A stretch of 12,744 nucleotides of DNA, taken from positions 1 through 12,744 of the forward strand of contig CAZNJA010000038.1 in assembly GCA_964573245.1 (NCBI GenBank), written 5' to 3'. Under the pieces are notes generated by a model that worked only from the letters and a program-made list of their open reading frames with translations, was not told where the DNA came from and searched no databases. Positions 7,552 through 12,744 of this stretch are shown one piece after another (position 1 is the stretch's first letter; every line of letters starts with the position of its first letter). Position numbers and translations under genes: made by a program. The DNA is from an uncultured bacterium (GTDB lineage: Bacteria > CAIJMQ01).

Positions 7552-10500
7552 TTAAAATTTTAAAGAGATGGGTTCCGGTTGAGCTTCTTTTAGTATCTCT
7601 TCCCATATTCTCTTTGCTTGTGACAAATTGCCCTGTTTGTAATATTCCAAAGCAAGTTGGTTCTTTTTTTCTATTTTCTTTTCCAGTTCGATGCGGTTTC
7701 TGATGTATTTTTCCGCCTCATTATACATCATATCCGATACTGTAGTGATTTTTTCGTAAAGTTCTTTTGCTTCTTTTGCTTTATCTTGGGCCTGCAGCTT
7801 TTGGGCCAAATAGTAATAATAGGACAGTTTCTGCATAATCACACTTTGCGGATTGGCCAGTTCATTGTAAACCAATTCGTATATCCACGTTTTTATTCTT
7901 TCTTCCGTCCGTCTTTCTCTGATAAGTGCCATTTCTTCGGGTGTCCTGTCATAGAAAGTTGCGGTCATTCTGATGAACGGGCCCTGGGAAGTATAATCAA
8001 GGTGAGTTAAATCGTCGTTGAAATCCGTGAAGTTATAACCTATACCGGCCTGAACAAAGTCGCCGAGCTTTTTTATCACTTCTATCAGAGCACCCTGTTT
8101 ATAATCTTCCGCTTCTTTTTGGGTAAGGCGCCTGTATTCCGTGCCTATCTGCCAATCATTATCGATATTGTAATTAAGGCGGTGAATTATTAGCCATGTT
8201 TGTGTTTCGGTAAAATTAAAGCCGGTTACTTTTTCTTCCGCGGTTTTACAAGCCAGTTTCTCAACGAACTGCAGTCTGTCAGTCAAATCATATGTCATCT
8301 CTCCCGCAATTGTATGTGATTTTTCCTCTTCGATTTCGGAAAAGTCAATTTGGCCTTCAGAGAGGTTATCTTCAAGATAAGTATATTTAGTCAAAAGGTT
8401 TATGCGGTCAAAATTAACCGGTCTATAAGCTACGCCTGTCGATAATTCCTTGTATTGCGCTTCGATTGAATCGTCGCCGGTATTATCGGTTTGAGAGGTA
8501 TTTATTTTTGCGAAAACGGTCGTGTTTATAGTTGGCTTCCATTCGAGTGCGTTATAAATTAGGTATTGCCGCCTATCTTCTGCTCCGTTTTCGTTGCGGA
8601 GTTCTAATTTGCTTGATAGTTTGAGGCGGATATTATCCGTCCGGGAATTTTTATCCACATAAGTTAATCCTAAACTACCGGCATTACATGTCGACTGTGT
8701 CCCGTCATGATTTTGAACTTCTCCGTACTCATAACTTCCCAACATAGCCAATTTGTCGTTGATATCTCCCGACAGACCAAAGATATTGGTATTGGAAGAT
8801 CTATTATTACTTTGGGACTGCTGTTTTGTGAATGACCCCTCTAATTCTTTGCCGTCTCTTTCTCGGGTTATGCCGAATGTGTTGCCTTCGGTTAAATTAG
8901 CGCTGTTTTTTGAATAAGTTTTGTCCGTAGTAAATGCTACCTCTTTGTTAATCTCTTGTCGGGAACCGAAAATGACTGACTGGGTTTGTCCTTCTCTTCC
9001 TGAATCGGTTACGGCAAAGTTAGCGTGGACGTTGGTTTTATCGTCCATATTCAATATTGTGCCTATACTTGTAGCTGAGCCTTCTGTCCCGAGCGTCTCT
9101 TTGGCCTTAAAGGATACATGCTGGTTGGGATTGGCACTTATGCCTACGGAAGTTTGGTTGTTATTTTCGCCTTTTAATGTTAGCTGTTGCTCTAAGGACA
9201 CGGCCACCTTTTCTGTTAACTGATACTCTGCTTTGGCAGCGATAGCGTCTTCGTCCGTATTTGTCTGTGACCGGAAGTCTTCTGATTTACCGCTTACTTC
9301 CTGATGGCGGTATTCGCCGGTAAGTTTTAGTTTTTCCATCTTATGCGTCATTTGAACGCTGGTGGTTTTTGTCTGTTCTGCCCCTACCTGTAACTGGGTT
9401 TGCTGATTTCCGTCATCGATTAATTTTTGCTCATCGTGGGATACCGTAAACCTTGTTTTGTTGTTTAAATCCCAACTCAGTCTGCCTCCGAAAGATTCTT
9501 TTCCTTGCTGTGAAGCAGTGGATGATGAAGAGAATTCTTTGTCTACTTTTTTATAATAACTTGCAACAGCTACTTGATCCGAAAGGCGGGCTTTGCCTTT
9601 TATTCCGTAAGCCTTACCTTTATCTGTATCTAAATTGGTCAGCTCGGTAAAACTCAACCCGCCGTCCGTGGATATGAAACTGCCGGACTGTTCGGATTCG
9701 CTTTCTGCGTATTCGGCGGTTAATATGCCGTTTTCACCCAAACGAATGTTTGCGTCTATTCCCTTTAGTTCGTAGTCTTTATCGTCTTGTTGTTCTTTCA
9801 CATAAGTGCCGCCGACTCTCAAATAATCTCCCAAAGACTGCTGGAGACGCGTACCCATAGTATTTTCGTCATACTTGTCTTTGGTTTCGTATTCATAATC
9901 TACGACTACATAAACCGGGTTTCCGTCTAGTAACTGGGATGAAATAATGGAACCGGCGGATTCGACAATATGGGAAATAGGCTGCCAGAAGATTATTCTT
10001 CCGCTTGAATAGTCAATTTCATAGTCGGAATTTTCCTGCATATATTTCGTTGTTATAGTAAGCCCCGTGATTTTGTCCCTGATTTCAATTTTGACTTTTT
10101 CGGAACCTTCTATAATGTTCGAGTGTTTTAGATAGAAAAGCGAAGTTCCTGTACCCAAAAATTCGTTATGTGCCGCTTTTTGCCGGGCAAGCGCATAAAA
10201 AACAATCAGTTTGGTGAAGGGTTCTGCGAATTTGTTGGATGCAACGGTTTCCAAGTGTGTTTTTCCGCCATAGAGAGTGCGACGGAATTGGGCAAACTCC
10301 GTATCAATAAGCCCGGTTTCATAATTGCCCCACAACATCTTTGACTTGTCCCACTCTATTAAAAGATAAAGAGGCCCTTGGGTGTTGGTGGCGTCGTAGT
10401 TTATAGTGGAAGAGTCTCCGTAAACAGGATAGTACTTATCCGGGTCTAAATTCCTGAATAAAACTTTTTTATCGCGTTCGGTGTCCAAACTGGAAGTAAT

Positions 10501-12744
10501 TAGATATTTTCCCTTAATTTTTCCTTTTAAGTAATAAGCCAGTTTTCCTTCGGACCAAAAACCGTCTGTGAATTTATCGTCGTCTTCAATCGGTTCGACA
10601 GCACCACTGTGGTCTGTATAGCCTGCTTTCGCGTCACCCATTACCACAAAGAACAAGTAATTGTCTTGCTGAGTTTTTTGAATGTAATTTTGTTTAGCGG
10701 AGGAATTTTCGGTTTTTTGTGGTCTGTCATTATTGTTACTTGCCTCTTGTTGCGCTAACCAACGGTCTATTTCACTGATTAACTCTTTGACCGTTTCATT
10801 AGTTATCTTTTGCTCTTTCGTTTGAGTATTGGCTGAGGTTTGCTGAGTAAGTGTTTCCGGTGTTTTATTTTGCTTTTGGAAATTCCCTGTATTTTCCGTG
10901 TTGTTGTTGTTGTTGGGTGCTTTTACTTTTACCCCAAAATTAACCTTTGCCATTATTCCGGGTGTAATATCTATTATTACCACTTTGTCCGTGGTTAATT
11001 CAACGCCTTGAGGTAATGTCCTTTCATCTATTCTTAGTACATGCCTGCCCGGAATAATTGCCGGTATATGGTATTGCCCGTCATTATCAGTTGTAATAAT
11101 TGTACCGTCTTCCATAAAAATACTAACATTGGGGATACCATCTTCTGTTACAACGGGACTGTTGCGTCTGGGAGGGTCTTGAATGCCGTTTCCGTTTAAA
11201 TCCCAAAAGACCTTGCCGATAATTGTCCCAAGGTCAAATAATGGTTCAAGCACAACCTCGACTGTTTCGGAGTCTTTGTTGGAAATGACAGTTCCGTCGG
11301 AATATTTACAGAAAGCAGAGTTCTTATAGTCGCCCATAGTCACGCCGGAACCGACTACCAATTGATATTTTAATACCCGTGTTTGTCCGGAAAGGACAGT
11401 CCCGATATTGAACATGAGAGGACGTTTTCCTGTGGGATTTGAAATGGATTTGTTGTCTAATATTGTTCTGTCATCTATATATTTAAAGCCGGCCGGAATC
11501 AAATCCTCTAAAAAGACATTGATTACATCGGATGCAGTTTCATTCTTTATGGTTACCGTATATGTAACCACTTCACCTATAACGACTTCTTTTTTGTTGA
11601 CGTCTTTCTTTATCTGTAAAAGTTGCTTATTAGAATCCATAGGATGGTCCATTTCTATTACGATACCTGCTACTGGGAAGACCTCCCCTTTGGAACCGAG
11701 AACAATTGCTCTGCCTGTAGGGAAGCCGGTTTTGGTTGAGGGATAATTGTAACCCGGAGCGCTTACTGTAATGTAAAAATCTCCGTTAATGCAGAAGAAA
11801 CTATAAGCACCATCTGCGGCTGTTATCTGAGGATTGGCATCTGTAGAATCTATTTGCCCGTCTCCTGCTCCAGGAAAACTATCCGGTTGGGCTACAATCC
11901 AACTTGTCCCCGCGCCGGGATCATTATCATAATACAAGGTAACTGTTGCGCCTTGGATGGGGGTATTAGTTAGTGAGTCGAATACTATACCGAACGGGTC
12001 GGTTAGACTTATACTTGTTATATTACTTGCCGAACCTGCTACGGTTACACTTAAATAATTTAATCCTTTTGCCAGGGGAATAGTGTAATCTCCCGGGGAG
12101 ATTGTCCAGTTTCCTGAACCGTCTACTACTGTAGTGGCTACATCTAGTAAATTCCCGTTTTGGGCACTTGCTGTTAGTGTTAGTGTCTGACCTGCCAAAC
12201 CCTGGCCTGTAAGAGTGGGAGTAGCGCCGTTGACAAAACTTCCTTCGGCAGGAGATGTAATAGTCGGGACTTGATTTACACCGGGAGCCGCATCAACTAT
12301 GATATTCACAGTAGCGCTTTGTATTGCCCCAACTTCTGCTCTTATATTGTTGGGGGCTACTATATCCAAATTGGCAGTGTAATCAGTCTGCATTACTCTG
12401 AAATTGCCATTTGCATCCGCAACAACAGAAGCTACCTGTTGGAATGGAACAGCGCCTACTGTTCCCATTATGTTTACCGTATCGCCAGGGTCTGCAATTC
12501 CTATTATGGTTGGCGTTTGGGTTGTGGTCGTGCCTGCATTAGGGGTTGTAATAGCAAGGTCATAAAATACCCAGTGAGGGATAGGGTCGACGTCATCATT
12601 ACCGCCGTTATTTATAGAATTGACGGCAATTATATTATTACTGTCTGCGGCAGAGTCCGTAATATGTAAATATTCAACCGTCTGAGCTTCGCCCGTTACG
12701 TTGAAAGTAAATGGGAAACCGGGATTGTCACTAAGTATAGTTAC
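7552..12744 (-). CDS. Giant outer-membrane/surface protein, 5'-truncated (>=1730 aa): Ig-like, carboxypeptidase-regulatory-like, DUF11 and SdrD-B-like domains, large beta-barrel region, TPR tail
   Basis: The frame stays open from 12468 to 12744 (hand translation VTILSDNPGFPFTFNVTGEAQTVEYLHITDSAADSNNIIAVNSINNGGNDDVDPIPHWVFYDLAITTPNAGTTTTQTPTIIGIADPGDTVNI). Approximate domains: Ig-like ~12297-12558 and ~12001-12270; DPFGIVFDS..NPQIT..DGAYSF ~11635-12000; DUF11 LQIKKDVNKKEVVIGEVVTYTVTIKN ~11251-11622; SdrD-B-like GKVFWDLNGNGIQD ~10930-11232; amphipathic-strand region ~7954-10659; helical tail 7555-7953. Confidence 0.88.
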   Translation of the reverse strand, partial: VTILSDNPGFPFTFNVTGEAQTVEYLHITDSAADSNNIIAVNSINNGGNDDVDPIPHWVFYDLAITTPNAGTTTTQTPTIIGIADPGDTVNIMGTVGAVPFQQVASVVADANGNFRVMQTDYTANLDIVAPNNIRAEVGAIQSATVNIIVDAAPGVNQVPTITSPAEGSFVNGATPTLTGQGLAGQTLTLTASAQNGNLLDVATTVVDGSGNWTISPGDYTIPLAKGLNYLSVTVAGSASNITSISLTDPFGIVFDSLTNTPIQGATVTLYYDNDPGAGTSWIVAQPDSFPGAGDGQIDSTDANPQITAADGAYSFFCINGDFYITVSAPGYNYPSTKTGFPTGRAIVLGSKGEVFPVAGIVIEMDHPMDSNKQLLQIKKDVNKKEVVIGEVVTYTVTIKNETASDVINVFLEDLIPAGFKYIDDRTILDNKSISNPTGKRPLMFNIGTVLSGQTRVLKYQLVVGSGVTMGDYKNSAFCKYSDGTVISNKDSETVEVVLEPLFDLGTIIGKVFWDLNGNGIQDPPRRNSPVVTEDGIPNVSIFMEDGTIITTDNDGQYHIPAIIPGRHVLRIDERTLPQGVELTTDKVVIIDITPGIMAKVNFGVKVKAPNNNNNTENTGNFQKQNKTPETLTQQTSANTQTKEQKITNETVKELISEIDRWLAQQEASNNNDRPQKTENSSAKQNYIQKTQQDNYLFFVVMGDAKAGYTDHSGAVEPIEDDDKFTDGFWSEGKLAYYLKGKIKGKYLITSSLDTERDKKVLFRNLDPDKYYPVYGDSSTINYDATNTQGPLYLLIEWDKSKMLWGNYETGLIDTEFAQFRRTLYGGKTHLETVASNKFAEPFTKLIVFYALARQKAAHNEFLGTGTSLFYLKHSNIIEGSEKVKIEIRDKITGLTITTKYMQENSDYEIDYSSGRIIFWQPISHIVESAGSIISSQLLDGNPVYVVVDYEYETKDKYDENTMGTRLQQSLGDYLRVGGTYVKEQQDDKDYELKGIDANIRLGENGILTAEYAESESEQSGSFISTDGGLSFTELTNLDTDKGKAYGIKGKARLSDQVAVASYYKKVDKEFSSSSTASQQGKESFGGRLSWDLNNKTRFTVSHDEQKLIDDGNQQTQLQVGAEQTKTTSVQMTHKMEKLKLTGEYRHQEVSGKSEDFRSQTNTDEDAIAAKAEYQLTEKVAVSLEQQLTLKGENNNQTSVGISANPNQHVSFKAKETLGTEGSATSIGTILNMDDKTNVHANFAVTDSGREGQTQSVIFGSRQEINKEVAFTTDKTYSKNSANLTEGNTFGITRERDGKELEGSFTKQQSQSNNRSSNTNIFGLSGDINDKLAMLGSYEYGEVQNHDGTQSTCNAGSLGLTYVDKNSRTDNIRLKLSSKLELRNENGAEDRRQYLIYNALEWKPTINTTVFAKINTSQTDNTGDDSIEAQYKELSTGVAYRPVNFDRINLLTKYTYLEDNLSEGQIDFSEIEEEKSHTIAGEMTYDLTDRLQFVEKLACKTAEEKVTGFNFTETQTWLIIHRLNYNIDNDWQIGTEYRRLTQKEAEDYKQGALIEVIKKLGDFVQAGIGYNFTDFNDDLTHLDYTSQGPFIRMTATFYDRTPEEMALIRERRTEERIKTWIYELVYNELANPQSVIMQKLSYYYYLAQKLQAQDKAKEAKELYEKITTVSDMMYNEAEKYIRNRIELEKKIEKKNQLALEYYKQGNLSQAKRIWEEILKEAQPEPISLKF
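10900..10914. repeat. (GTT)5 trinucleotide repeat encoding poly-Asn in the linker of the giant protein
   Basis: gttgttgttgttgtt at 10900-10914 gives PNNNNNT on the minus strand. Confidence 0.7.

Noticed and set aside
7954-10659. Classical autotransporter or TonB-dependent receptor assignment for the barrel region
   Set aside because: Far longer than a 12-stranded autotransporter barrel, and no TonB box or plug signature was recognisable.
12466-12468. ORF-track start Met of the 1638-aa protein
   Set aside because: The frame is open to the window edge, this Met falls inside an Ig-like domain, and no signal peptide or SD is present.
920-12669. The remaining short plus-strand ORFs, and the minus-strand alternative-frame ORFs 1093..1278 and 3789..4043
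   Set aside because: All lie largely or wholly over well-supported longer genes and show no recognisable motifs. Their F/L/S-rich composition is what the antisense of K/E-rich coding sequence gives.

Overview
AT-rich chromosomal window from a diderm (LPS-making) bacterium, with all eight genes on the minus strand. In transcription order (right to left): (1) the 3' part of a giant surface/outer-membrane protein, open to the window edge (>=1730 aa; the ORF-track start at 12468 is an internal Met). It reads as the end of a beta-rich passenger, two Ig-like domains, a carboxypeptidase-regulatory-like domain, DUF11, an SdrD-B-like domain, an N/Q/T linker, a ~900-aa putative very large beta-barrel region with an SprA-like motif, and an unusual 133-aa helical/TPR tail. 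(2) A secreted TPR/charged-helix repeat protein with recently duplicated 243-bp units. (3) A stand-alone heptose-7-phosphate kinase (RfaE/HldE domain I). (4) A ThuA-like protein. (5) A GT9 heptosyltransferase. (6) Homodimeric glycyl-tRNA synthetase glyQS with a good sigma70-type promoter. (7) Stand-alone trpB2. (8) The 5' end of ppdK, which the ORF track missed. The best candidate for an undescribed system is the giant adhesin/barrel fusion plus its TPR partner. The gene style is reminiscent of Omnitrophota/PVC-like lineages, but taxonomy cannot be established from this window. All domain calls come from motif recognition by eye, not from database searches.
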